DNA from: the human T2T-CHM13v2.0 reference genome, Homo sapiens
Assembly: GCF_009914755.1 (NCBI RefSeq)
Contig: NC_060926.1
DNA length: 64,000 nucleotides
Reading direction: 5' to 3' (one strand)
Positions 33,134 through 52,286 of this stretch are shown here, in pieces. Within the stretch, counting starts at the first letter, position 1. The number at the start of each line of letters is the position of its first letter. Position numbers and translations under genes: made by a program. The notes under the pieces were generated by a model. It saw only the letters and a list, made by a program, of their open reading frames with translations. It did no database searches and had not been told where the DNA came from.

Positions 33134-36100
33134 TTAAGATTTGCTTCAATAATGGAGAAGGAAGAATATGCATAAAACAGGATTGGCCACTTATTGATAA
33201 TTGTTAAAAATGGATGATGGGTAAACAGTGGTACCTTTTATTATTTCCTATGTTTCTGTATGTTTGAAAAGGTCCATAAAAATTTAGGAAAACTAAATCC
33301 TTAAACATATCAAAAATGTATAAGAGGGAGCTATAATTCTTAAAACAGTTTTTCATTTTAGCAATATTTTTATTTCAAAATCTCAAGGGAAGGCAGAAAA
33401 TAGGCTACACATACTCTTAAAATATTCTCATATTCACCAACATATTCTAAAGCCCAGTGTGGGGAAAAATCTGAGTATCTGGACCCCATTTAAGACTGCT
33501 GAGAAGACAGGAGACCAATTCTGATCACTGCAACAGCCGTAAGATAAAAAGAGGCAGGCAGGCATGCCGGCAGAACTCCAACTTCTGCCACTCTGTTGGC
33601 AATGGAGACATTTATTCCTTGTCTTGTTAGGCCTTTCTCACTTTTGTGACCGCAGTCGTTTTCCCAGCAGTCTCCTTCTCACTATCACTATCACCATTAT
33701 TATACTTTTTGTTAAGTGATTAAATTACTATGAAAAACAACAATTTATGTCCACAATATCCACTCACGCTGATATGTGCATAGAAGTGGTTGGTCAGAAG
33801 ACCAGGCAGATCTCCAGGTTAATAATCAATAAATGTCATATTGCTTGACTCAGAAAAGAAACAGATTCCAAAGATTTTGGGCATGATGCATATTAACACT
33901 AAAGAGCATACCCAAATTTAATAACAATCTATTTTACATATATAGTCAATAAAACCAAAATAGTTATTTCTGAAATCTAAAATAGATGTTGGCTATGTCA
34001 TTTGAATGTGTCTATTTGTTTGCCTAGGACAGTGCCTGGCAGATAGCCAATGCGCAATAAATATTTGTTGAATAATGATCCTGCCAGCTTTCTCAGTTAG
34101 GTGCCACTTAGCAGAATACAGAGGAAGCAGGAGAAAAAGGAAGGAGAAAACAAGCTTAGATAATTTTCAACTTGCCAAAGAACTATGAATAGAGCATTAT
34201 CTACTTTGAGCAGAATGTTAAATTACATAGTTCAGGGACATTTACTGAAATATTCTGAGACCTGGCCCATTAGGATTATGAATGAAGAGGGGCACTTTAT
34301 AAAGCCTTCTTTATGCTGAGTCAACTCCAACTTCTGGCTTCAGAAATGGCTTACTTGACTTTACTACTTTTACAGCCTAAGTGAGTTTTCATTATCTATA
34401 TTTCAAAACTTGGAAAAAGTCACTATTTAACATGCAGATGTTTCCATTTTATAAAATTACATCTTAACTTTTATTACAATATTCACTATTACCCCCCACC
34501 TCACTTTCTCACTTTAGTTATCTATGAAACCTTTTCAGTTCCTAGTACATTCTCAAAATATTTAGATGGCTCCTGACTGCCACTAACCTCTCACTTGGCA
34601 GATTATCTGATACCATCCACAAAAGAAGCACAGAGAAAATTTTGGGATTCCTCTGGACAGTCAAAAATAAGAGTTTTTGCTAGCAAGTATTTCTAAGAAT
34701 TGAGGTAACAAAATTTTTGCCATCCACTATCGCTATACTCTAAAACAGCTATTTGAACAAATAGTATTTTTTGAAAGAAAAAGCACAACACAAAATCTAA
34801 TATTTAAAAATACGGAACTATGATAATTGTTTCCTTTACAAAAAATGATTTAAGGTTAAAAGAGCTTTCTTAAAGTCTCACTGCTTTTAGTACAAAGCTT
34901 AGGTAGGAGGCACCGAAGTAGCAATTCCCGGTTTTCAATGACTTCTGCACTGCCTGTGGAGCTCTTGACATTACTAGAAATTTTGGGGGGAAAATGAGCA
35001 GAGGCAGCAGGGTGTCATGATTAAGGCTAGCACCAGGCTGAACTGGGATCAAATGTGAACTCTGCCGCTTATTAGGTGTGTGACCTTAAGCAAGCTACTT
35101 TACCACTCACCCTGGCTTCAGTACCTTAAGAGGACCTGGCTGCCATTTGGTATGGGGTGATATGCCAAAATTATTCCACTAAATCCCCCTTTTAGCTTAA
35201 GCCCACTCACATTGGTCTCACTGCTTAAAGAACTAGAAGTGAGACAATCATCCTTCCTGAACAGCCTCCTTATGATCCCTTCCCTCGTAGGAATCTACCA
35301 TCTATCAATCACTGAGACAATAATCTATGTATAGTCCCCAGACCCTCACACTGTGTAAGTATAGTGTCATTTAGTGTGTTACCAGGCGGCCTCTATAACA
35401 TGACAGACATCAAATATGTCACGGATGTATGTGTCTGTGTCTGTGCACGCATGTGTGTATGTGTGTGTGTTGCAGATGAGGAAGTTCCTCAACACTACTC
35501 CCGGCCTGAATATTATACCTCTTACCTCGATTACACATTTCACATTTTGGGGAGTTATATATCTCCTTTTTAACAAATATGTCCATGTGTGTAATGGAAG
35601 GTTAAAGGAGTTCCATCTTAGGGCTTGCAAATACAGTGGCAGAAAAGATGTTGCAATGACTTTGCCTTAAGATACAAGCCTGTGGTGGGAATGGGGTCTG
35701 TCTTTAATGAAGGCACATACTGTAGAACTAGGGACTCATCCTACATCAGGAAAGAACACAGGCTTCATCTTGAATGCTAACCCAGGCCGTTGGCATTATA
35801 CGGACACACTAAGTAACCTACTCTGGTTTCAGTAGGGAAAAAATTATCAACTGAAATGAAGTTTCATAACTCATGGGTTAATCAAGGTGTTAGTGGCCAT
35901 GTAAATACAAATCCTCCAATATAACCTTCAAAAGCTAAAAAGACTAACAAGAAGAACAAATAAAACCATACAAATTTCACGCTTTTAATACAAGACAAAC
36001 TAACTTCAAATTATGTAAAGTAGAAAACATAAACTCCATTCTAGTGGAGATATTAATCAAGCTCTTCCCCTAACCTATTAGAGAGGACAGATAGATCTAG

Positions 36101-36314
36101 GGGGAGAAAAATTTTGCAAACACAAAGTGGGGGCTGGAGGCAAGGACAGAAAGCCTAAAATTAAACTAAAATCATCCACAGAAAAAGAAAGCCCAGTCTA
36201 CGTGAAAAAATCCTCAAGAAGACCACTCATAGATGAGAGAAAATTATAGGGAAGGGATTTAAAAGTGCAGGGAGGATTCAAGGAGGTAGTCTTGATAAGG
36301 TAATGCATCAAGGG

Positions 36315-36826
36315 TGTGATGGTAAATTTCACGTGTTAACTTGACTGGGCCATGAGATGCCCAAATATCTGGTTAAACATTATGTCTGGTTATGTCCATT
36401 ACAGTGTTTACGGAAAAGACGAGCATTTGAATTTGTGGAATAGGTAAAGCCATTACTTTCCCCAATGTAAGTGAGCATCATTCAACTTGTTAAGAGCCCA
36501 AACAGAACAAAAGGAGGGAAAAAGGCCGAATTCTCTCTATCTGCCTTATAGCTTGAAACATCAGTTTTCTCCTACCCTTGGGCTGGAACTTACACCATTG
36601 TTGCTCCTAGTCCTCAGGCCTTCAGACTGACTGGAATTTACACCACAGGTCTTCCCAGGTCTCCAGTTTGCAGATGGTGGGACTTCTCAGCCTCCGTGAT
36701 TACATGAGCCAGTTTCTTACAAAAAAATCTCGTTCTAGATATAGATATACATATGTTTTTAGATATATATCTATGTAACTCTCCATCCTTTTGTTTCTAT
36801 TTCTCTGGAGAGCCCTGAGTAATACA
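36315..36826 (+). mobile_element. MLT2 (ERVL) solo LTR
   Basis: tgtgatggtaaatttcacgtgttaacttgactgggcc...ttctctggagagccctgagtaataca. Confidence 0.85.
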
Positions 36827-36960
36827 AACAAGGACGGCGGTAAAAAGAAAATAATGTGTGTTTTTGGAAATTAGATGATGAAAAAAGAAACGAAAAAGAA
36901 AGTTTCAGATTCTGTAAGGTTCTTATATACATAAAGAAATTTAAGATTTTGTAAGAACTT

Positions 36961-36990
36961 ATATATATATATATATATATATATACTCAA

Positions 36991-37027
<37 letters not shown>
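36961..37027. repeat. Compound (AT)n-(CA)n microsatellite
   Basis: Directly visible. Confidence 0.9.
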
Positions 37028-37028
<1 letters not shown>

Positions 37029-37320
37029 CCCTACTTGAGAAACACAAAATCCTCTCCCTCAAAAGGTGAAAAAAAGCCATCCAACAAACAAACCAAACTG
37101 TGCTACACTGACAGAAGAGGACATTCCTGAATTAGTAATCTCATAAAACCCCCTAAAACAACAGCCCTGCTCATAGTCACACATAGTTGTTGCAATCTTC
37201 ATCTATATAAAATTTCTAAAATAAAAAATAACGTTAGGACAATTAAGCTAATGAAAAGCACCCCCAAAAAACCAACAACAAAGTAGAAGATTTTAATAAA
37301 TATTCCAAACTGGATTGTAT

Positions 37321-37324
<4 letters not shown>

Positions 37325-37363
<39 letters not shown>

Positions 37364-37646
37364 AGACAGGGTCTCACTCTGTCACCCAGGGTGGAATGCG
37401 GTAGCGCGATCTCAGCTCACCCCAACCTCCACCTCCTGGGCTCTCAAGTGATCTTCCCACCTCAACCTCCTCAGTAGCTGGGGCTACAGGCACACACCAC
37501 CATATCCGGCTAATTTTTGTATTTTTTGTAGAGAATGAGTTTTGTCATGTTGCCCAGGCTGGTCTCAAACCCCTGGGCTCAAGCCATCTGCCCACCTCAG
37601 CCTCCCAAAGTTCTGGCATTACAGACATGAGCCACTGCACCCGGCC
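37325..37646 (-). mobile_element. AluJ with a long poly(A) tail
   Basis: ~38-nt T run followed by antisense Alu; TSD tggattgtatctctt / tgaattgtatctctt. Confidence 0.9.
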
Positions 37647-37659
37647 TGAATTGTATCTC

Positions 37660-40960
<3,301 letters not shown>

Positions 40961-41126
40961 ATCGTATTCATAGTTTTTATACAGAGATAGATACAGGGAT
41001 ACATGCATGCATGCATGCGTGTGTGTGCACATGGCCTGGCATGTGTGCATGTGTGTATGTGTATGCATGCCCTGGTGTGTGTGCATGTGTGTATGCTTAC
41101 CCTGGCTCTGTACACTTGGGGGGCTC

Positions 41127-41545
41127 TGATGGTTAATTTCAGTAATTTCAGGTGTTGACTTGACTGGGCCACAGTGTGTCCAGGTATTTGGTTAAACATT
41201 TTCTTGTTTTCTGTAAGGGTGTTCTGGATAAGATTTACATTTTAACTGGTAGAGTAAATCAGTTTGCCCTCCGTAATGCAGGTGGGCCTCATCAAATCAG
41301 TTGAAAGCATGAGTAGAACAAAAAGACTGACTCTCAGTAAGAGGCATTCCTCCAGCAGGACTGCCTTCAGACTTCATTTACAACATCAGCTCTTCCACAA
41401 CATCAGCTCTTCCTGCCTGATGGCCTTCAAACTAGAACATCGGCTCTCTCTGGGTCTCCAGCCTGCTTGCTGACTCTGCAGATTAGACTTACCAGCCTCC
41501 ATGATCATGTAAGCAAATCCCTTTAAATAAATAAATAAATAAATA
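41127..41545 (+). mobile_element. MLT2 LTR, 3'-truncated
   Basis: tgatggttaatttc...ttgactgggccacagtgtgtccaggtatttggttaaacatt...agcctccatgatcatgtaagcaaatcc. Confidence 0.75.
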
Positions 41546-41706
41546 GACATCTCTCAGTAACATGAGTGCCCAGATCTTGATTTCTAAATAACATTCACAC
41601 TAAAAAGAATTAGGGCTGCTTGAAAATATGACAGATTTCAAGGCTGGATAAGGTAAGTACAAGATGACTCTGAAACACTTATTGCCAGAATATAAGAAAA
41701 GGCTCA

Positions 41707-41833
41707 GGCCGGACGCAGTGGCTCACACCTGCAATCCCAGCACTTTGTGGGGCTGAGGCGGGTAGATCACTTGGGGTCAGGAGTTTGAGACCAGCCTGGC
41801 CAACATGGTGAAACCCCGTCTCTACTAAAAATA
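41707..41833 (+). mobile_element. AluS left monomer only
   Basis: ggccggacgcagtggctcac...ccccgtctctactaaaaata, then non-Alu sequence. Confidence 0.85.
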
Positions 41834-42021
41834 GTACGAGTATACATCACCAGTAAAGGAACAAAACAATAGTATGGGTGTCCTGACAAGAGATTCTGAA
41901 GACACATCACTTCTGTAGTATTCCAGCCAGAAACGCATAACCTGAATCTAATCATGAGGAAATAGCAGACAAACTCAAATGGCAAAAATATTTCTAAAAA
42001 ATAACTGACTGGAATTCTTTA

Positions 42022-42174
<153 letters not shown>

Positions 42175-42179
42175 TCATA

Positions 42180-42665
42180 TTATGAAACACAAAGGAAGAC
42201 TGAGGAAGTGTTCTGTATTAAGGAACCTAAAGAGACATGAAAAACCAAAAGTAACACATATAATCCTGAACTGGAACCTAAACCAGGGGAAACAGTTTCT
42301 CTTTCACTTAAAAGGAAATTAGGAAATACTGCAAAATTTAAATAAAGTCTATAGAGTACTGCATCAATGTTAACTTCCTGATACTGACGATTATATTGTG
42401 GTTATATATTTTTTAAAAATCCTTATTTAGGGAGACATACTTAGGAATAAAGGGACATAAGTATTTAGGGGCTAAGGGGCATAATGTCTACAAATTACTC
42501 CCAAATGGTTCAGAAACAAATACTGTCTCATGAAAATATGAAACCAAATATGGTAAAAAGTTAATATTAGGAGAATGTGGAGTGAAACCTATACAGTAAT
42601 TCTTTGAATTATCTTTGCAATTTTTCTATAAGTCTGAAATTATTTCAAAATAAAATAAATTTAGG
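42180..42665 (+). mobile_element. Old L1MC/ME 3' end
   Basis: gcatcaatgttaacttcctgat...aagtatttagggg...caaatggttcagaaa...tttctataagtctgaaattatttcaaaataaaa; likely continues from ~41550. Confidence 0.6.
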
Positions 42666-43373
42666 TAAAATTACAGTCATCTGTGACAAGCTTTTCTACG
42701 TTATTTCTCAACATATGTCCAAACCCACATACGTATTATAAAAACCAAAGGCAAACACTTAAGAAAACCCTCAAGTTATTCTTTTCCTGTACCCTCTACA
42801 TGCAATGGCACATAGCCTGCTGATTCTACCCTCTTCTCAACAGCACTATTGCCTCAATTACCATATTACCTTGGAAACATTTCCTGACTCCACTCACCCG
42901 CCTTTACGCACTTGCAAAATTAATTCTTTCACTCCATTTGAAAATCCCGAATGGTACTCCACAGCCAATTCTTTTACAAGACTTAAGTCTTTTCCAGATC
43001 ATCCTCCTGCCTCTCTCTCCACTTCATGTTTTTCTCATTAGCAAGAAACCAAGTGCAACTCTCTGAACTTGCAATACTGTTTCACGGTTTGAGCCCTGGC
43101 CTATGATGTCATCTTCGCTGAAATAACATTACTACAATCCTTTGTCCATGAAATTCCTACTCATGCTTTAACCCTATCTTAGATTCACCTTCTCTGTGAA
43201 ACCTTCCCTGACACAACACTCAAGGTGAGGATGAGTACCCATTCTCTCCCTCCTCAGTGCTACCATTTACCTTCCACTCTATTATGATTATCATTCATCA
43301 TTATCCATCTCCCCTTCTAACAAGAGCTCACTGACAGAAGGAACCATGTCATTTTTACTTGTTGAATTACTTA

Positions 43374-43712
<339 letters not shown>

Positions 43713-45103
43713 AGTAATTTTTTTAAATTATATGTACATATACATACACATGACCTGAGCATATAGCAAAGGGTAGATGTTAAGAAAGCCTCAATCTGTA
43801 TGTTGACAAGTAAAATCTAAGAAAATGAAAAAATAAATTTCAGTCTGAAAAATATTTAAATAGGGGAGATGACCCGTGCTCTTACTTGTAATTTAATATG
43901 TAAGAACAAGTCCTAGACTTAATTATTTTACACTCATGTTTGAAAAAAAATCTGATGTAGTTTTTTTTTTTTTTTTTTAATTTTTATTTGCTATCGTTTG
44001 ATGATCCAGAACACTTTGTGGTTCACAGGCTTTACAATCATGAGTTGGGACCAAAATAAATGTATGTAAATAGAATAATATAAAACCATATTTTACCAAG
44101 TAGTTTTACTTGGTAATATTTAATTACAAGGATCATCTTTTTGGTCAAAGCGTTTTAAAAGCAGTAATTACTGATTTAAAATCAAGTCTATAAAAATATC
44201 TAATTAGGTCTTAATCGTATTTTCTTGATCTAAAACCAAACTGATTATATAATCTTCTATCAGAAAAATGTTTAAAAGAAAACATTGCAAATGTTGCACT
44301 TGCCCTCCTTTCTAAGGGACAAATGAAATTATTTTCTAATAATGTACATTATTACAGGGACAAATGAAATTATTTTCTAATCCTAAAACAGAGATCCTTA
44401 AATCAGTAAAGACATGATAATCTATATGAAAGCTTCTGTGAAAAAAAAAATACCATGACACACAAATATCCATAACCATACTTACAGAAATTAGCACTGC
44501 TTTTCCTGTCTTCTTGTGTTTTAATACCCCATTCTCCTGGTTTTTCCGATGACCTTCTGATGTTCACTTTGTGTTAGTCTTTTTGGGGGACTTGGCGTAA
44601 TTTGATCCTTGTTTACCTGGCCCTTCCCACATTTCCATCGTAGCCTACATTTCCAGGCATAAAATTTAGCATCTATTAAAAACATGTGCTTTACAAAGTC
44701 AGGCACTGAGCCAGTTTTTATTTACCATTGTGTGTGTGTCCCTTCCCTACAAGTCCCAAGCATACTGTCAGTGAACATAAGACAAATGGCTAAGTTTGGA
44801 GATAATTTTAAGGGCTAATTTTTAAAAAGATTTATTTTCTTTTGAAATAAGGAAAGTGATTTTTTTCCATGGTCCCTTCTGTCAGTAAGCTCATTTTCCA
44901 AACTTGTAATATGACACATATGCCAAATATAGAAGCATAAAGGGTAACTTCAAAATCTGCCCTCAATGTTTGAGTACAGAGACTTGCCCCACCCCTGCTC
45001 ATCAGAGACTCCATGGGAGTCAGTATCTTTATCTCTTGCCAGAATAACAGAGATCCAGTCATGGCATACAAATTTGGAAATGAAACTGTAAGTATTAATT
45101 GTA

Positions 45104-45530
45104 AGTGGACCTTTGAGCAATACAGGGATTATGGGCACCTGCCCTCCACATAGTCAAAAATCCACATGTAACTTCAGACTCCCCAAAAACTCAGCTACTA
45201 AGAGCCTACTGCTGACCAGAGCCTTACCAATAACATAAAAGCAATTAACATATATTTTGTATATGTACTATATACAATATTCTTACAATAAAGCTAGAGA
45301 AAATAAAATCTTATTAAGAAAATCAAAAGAAGAGAACATATATTTACTATTCATTAACTGGAAGTGGATCATCAAAAATGTCATCATCCTTGTTGTCTTT
45401 ACATTGAGTCAGTTGAGAAAGTGGAGGAAGAGGATAGGTTGGCCTTGCTGTCTCAGGGGTGACAGATATAGAAGAAAAGCCACATAAAGTGAACCCATCT
45501 GGTTCAAACCTATTGTTCAAGGATCAACTG
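45104..45530. mobile_element. Tigger2a-like non-autonomous TcMar DNA transposon
   Basis: TIRs agtggacctttgagcaa ... ttgttcaaggatcaactg, flanked by TA on both sides. Confidence 0.8.
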
Positions 45531-46704
45531 TACAATCATACTAGTAAGTCCACAGAAAACTGTTGGCATAATAAAATTAACGCCTTCTCATGGCCTTAGA
45601 AATCCTGTCATGATCAAATTTCTTCAAAATTCTTAGATTCCATAAAAATATATATTAAATAAAAGTTACAGCTTATACATTTAGAAAAACAAAATTTGAC
45701 AAATACTTTGACAATTATCTAATAATGTTCTTATTACCATTCCTAGAGATTAACCTAATATGAAGCATCAGCCCCTTTGAAGTAGTCCCCTCAGTCATGC
45801 CAGTTTCTGTAAGAAACTAGAAACTTATTGCTCAATAAATTACTATGTGTAGGGAAAAAGGTCAGTGTTATTTTATAATTCTTTCTGTGCTTTGGAGTCA
45901 TAATATAATAAACCAAATTGAGTATATGGCCCTAAAATAAATAATGAACTAGAGCACCTAATTTCTTCTTCCTCAGAGGAAAGGCTTTGTTGTCACAAAG
46001 TTAATTGAATTCTTATCTTTGAGTCTATTTTTTCTCTATGTTCTTTATTAACTGACCTCTTTTCTCCTTCTTTTCTTCCTCTGCCTTGCCCTCGTTTTCT
46101 TATCCCTAACTGCTTTTATTATTAGAAACTAAAAGTCTGTCAGTCTCTTAAATTAAATACATTAACTACTTACATGCCAAATGTTTACACCAGTTTTATC
46201 ATAAGAAATTCAAGAGTGTCTCATTTATTAATCACGACTAATGTTTGATTTCTCTGCTGTAGCAGTAAATTATTTATTATCTATATTTGTGCCAACTATG
46301 TATCTTAGTATCTGACAAAAGTAAACACTTGAAGTGAGATTAAGACTATTAATTCAACAAAAGTCTACAGTATCAATGGATTATATAGGATGCTATAAGC
46401 TCTGTACTGTTCCTGCAACCACCTTTTAAAAAAATGAATAGAGAATTTTTTTTTAAATCTTTGAGAGAATAATCCTGAATTCTGTTATTTCATATTGTCT
46501 ACAGAAATTTAATTACTGCCACAAAATGTTTTCTTCCTTTTGCAAACCAGCTCATAGTTCATATAATGACTCTCCTGGATGAGTCATCTGCAGGAAGTAC
46601 AAGGTTTTTTTTTTGAATCTGCTAAGGTAAAGACTTTGAAGTATAAAGTTAAAAGCTGCACAGCTGGAAGCATTCTGGGAAAGAACTTTAAAAGTGACTG
46701 AAAC

Positions 46705-46893
46705 CACTGGTATTCACTTATATTTTAACCCAGCTACACATTAGAATCATGTGGGGAGCTTTTAAAAAATATAAATGTGAGAGCCCCAGTTCAAATCAAC
46801 TGAATGACAATCTCTGGGTTTAGACCTAGGCACAGGAATTATTTCAGAGCCCCCCAGGTAAACAACATATGCAGCTAGGATTCAAAACCACTG
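46705..46893. mobile_element. MER5A-like hAT MITE
   Basis: ctacacattagaatcatgtggggagcttttaaaaa...ctgaatgacaatctctggg...cccaggt...aaaaccactg. Confidence 0.65.
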
Positions 46894-48739
46894 GCCAAGT
46901 CTTTATCATTATTAAGATAGATTAAAACAATAAGGCATCATTTAGCACTACTAACGCTTTATTCTTAAAGAAATGCCATTTAACTACATGCAAACCTTAA
47001 ATTATCTACTATTCCAATGTTTAAGTCCAATACTCAACAAAGAGTAGATGCTCCACAATCAGTGACTGGTGATACTGATATATTAACAACCAATTTACAA
47101 TCATTACCTTACTTTAGAAGGACAATCAAACTATTCTGGTGCAGAACATATTATTTTGACATTTTTCAATAGTTCCAGCTTCACATCTTCTGAAACAACT
47201 GATGATCCAGTCAAATACCTAACAGCTTGCAGATTACAAGGTGATGAGACACATGGCCTTGAGATGAACGATTGGTGCATTTCAGACAGAAGAACAAATT
47301 GATCAAGGTCATGGTATACAGACAGTAGAAACGCAGAATCCTATAGAATAGAATTCTATAGAACATCAAATGGTGTAACAGAGACACACAGGAGTAGTTG
47401 GAAGAGGAGAGAAAAGCTAAGATTCTTCACAGATTAAGAAGCTCTCTGAATAACAGACGAAGAAACTTAGATGATGATCTACAGGCAACAGAGAGTCACT
47501 GGAGGTTTTCTAAAAGGAGTGACTTGGTGTTCTACTTCCTGGAAGATGGAGTAGATACAATTTTTCCTATTCCTCTCACTAAGTACAAATAAAAGTGCTA
47601 CACATTACATATAAAACAAGCCTAAGAAGTCTGTGAACGGTAGAGAAAGGAACACAGACTGACTAGGGGCCTCAGGACCTAAGATTAAGTTTCCCTTGAG
47701 TTTTCTTTTTGCCTAATTACATCTCAGACTTGCAGCTGTAAAACCGGCAACCTGGAAATAACAATAGGAGAAGACAAAAATAAAGCCCCAACAAAAGCCG
47801 CCAGTCAAAAGACCAGGAAGGAGCAGTCCAGCAAGAAAAAAAACTTTAGACAAAAAAAGTGCTACTCTAGCCCAAAATACACAAAACACTGGCCTCACCC
47901 TCACCCATGCCAGAAGGTCAAGTGGAGGGCCTAGACTTTCATTCTTGAAAGTCTGTAAGGAGGCATATAACACCCCTCAGGAGTGTGAAGTGAGAGAAAG
48001 CCAAGTAGGGATCCAACACATTCATCTAGTAATGATCTCCCACCTCCAACATCCCCCATCCCTGTTGTGTGAGTGGAGCCCAGTGGAGCCCACAAGGGGC
48101 GCTGTTAGAATGATCTGACAATGATTTTAAAGCAGCCATGATGAAAATGCTTCCACAAGGAATTATGAACATGTTTAAAACAAAAAAAAAGAAACCCTCA
48201 CTAAGAAAACAGACAATCTTGGCAAACAAACAGAAAATATAAGTGAACCAAATGGAAACTTTAGAACCAAAAAATACAATAATTAAATAAAAGTGCAGTA
48301 AATGGGATAAAAAGCAGAATGAGGGCACAAACAAAGGAAATCAATAAAATAGAATATAGTAGAAGTTGCATGATAATATCAAGAACACAGGTGGAAGAAC
48401 AAATGAACAGATCCTCAAGGACCAGTGAGACTATATGAAAGATCAAACATTTGTTTCACTGGAGTCCCAGAAGCAGAGGAGAAAGGGAGGGGAGGACTGA
48501 AAAAGTACTTGAAGAAATTAAGGGCTAAAAACTTCCCCAATTTGGCAAAGAACCCAAACATAAAGAAGGTGAATGAAGCGGAAAGAGGAGGGACACACAC
48601 AAAAAAAATCTGTGCCAAGTTACACCCTAATTAAACTTTTGAAAACTAAGGACAAAGAAAGCATTCAGAAAATAAATGGAATCTTATCTACAAGAGAAAA
48701 CAAAAATAATTCAAATGAAAGCAGATTGCTCATCAAAAG

Positions 48740-48848
48740 CCACCAAATGAAGTGGCTCATGATGGGGGCTCAAGCAGGAAGATTGCTCGGGCCAGTTCAA
48801 CACCAGTCTTGGCAATATAGCAAGACTCTCATCTTTAAAAAAAAAAAT
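48740..48848 (+). mobile_element. Left arm of a degenerate AluJ split by later insertions
   Basis: agtggctcatg...gattgctcgggccagttcaacaccagtcttggcaatatagcaagactc; matching right arm at 51197-51340. Confidence 0.55.
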
Positions 48849-48852
48849 TTAG

Positions 48853-51138
<2,286 letters not shown>

Positions 51139-51156
51139 TATATATATATGTGTGTG

Positions 51157-51194
<38 letters not shown>
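51139..51194. repeat. (TA)n(TG)n(TA)n(CA)n compound microsatellite
   Basis: Directly visible at the L1 tail. Confidence 0.9.
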
Positions 51195-51195
<1 letters not shown>

Positions 51196-51196
51196 A

Positions 51197-51340
51197 TGAG
51201 GTGGTGTACACTTGTATCCTAGCTACTTGGGAGGCTCCAGCAGGAGCCTCACTAAGCCCAGGACCTTGGGGCTGCAGTGAGCTATGATCTTGCCACTACA
51301 TTACAGCCTGGGTGACAGTACAAGATTCTGTCTCTAAATC
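51197..51340 (+). mobile_element. AluJ right arm
   Basis: gtggtgtacacttgtatcctagctacttgggagg...gctgcagtgagctatgatc...cagcctgggtgacag. Confidence 0.7.
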
Positions 51341-51387
51341 TCTAAAAAACTGAATGAATTAATTAATTTTTAAATAAAACAAAACCA

Positions 51388-51699
<312 letters not shown>

Positions 51700-52286
51700 C
51701 ATGGAGGCCAGAAGGGAGTGGTACAATATTTTTCAAGTGATGAAGCAAGACTATCAACCCAGAATCCTCTACTCAGTAAAAATATATTATAGGCTAGAGG
51801 GAGAAATCAAAACATTCTCAAATGAAGAAAAACTAAGCAAAACTTTTTCCAACATACATACCTCAAAAGAATGGCTAAAAGAAATTTTCTAAATAGAAAG
51901 ATAATGGTAAAAGAGGAAACCACAGAAAAGCGGGAACAAACAAAAAAAGGTAGTTAAGCAAAAATATGGGAAAATACAATAGGCTTCCTTTGTCTTGAGT
52001 TGTCTAAATTATGTTTGACACCTGAAGCAAGGATATAGCTGTCTGACATGATTCTAAATGTGTGTACAGGAAACACTGTAAGATGATTATATTACAAATG
52101 GGGTAAAGAGCCATAAAGGAGGTAAGACTTCTACACTTCACTCAAACTGGTTAAATGATGACAACAGTAGACTGTAATAAATTATGTATATACAATTAAT
52201 AGCTAGAGCAACCACCAAAAAAGATACACAAAGAGATACACTCAAAAACGAAACACATGAATCAAAATAGAATTCTAACATCGCTT

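Noticed and set aside
44315-44381. Repeat-spacer-repeat as a CRISPR-like array
   Set aside because: Only two repeats, a 15-nt spacer, primate DNA and no cas genes; better explained as a local duplication.
47108-47218. Minus-strand exon candidate (YLTGSSVVSEDVKLELLKNVKIICSAPE*)
   Set aside because: Donors are plausible, but the acceptor lacks a polypyrimidine tract, abuts an L2-like fragment, and the frames read contain stops.
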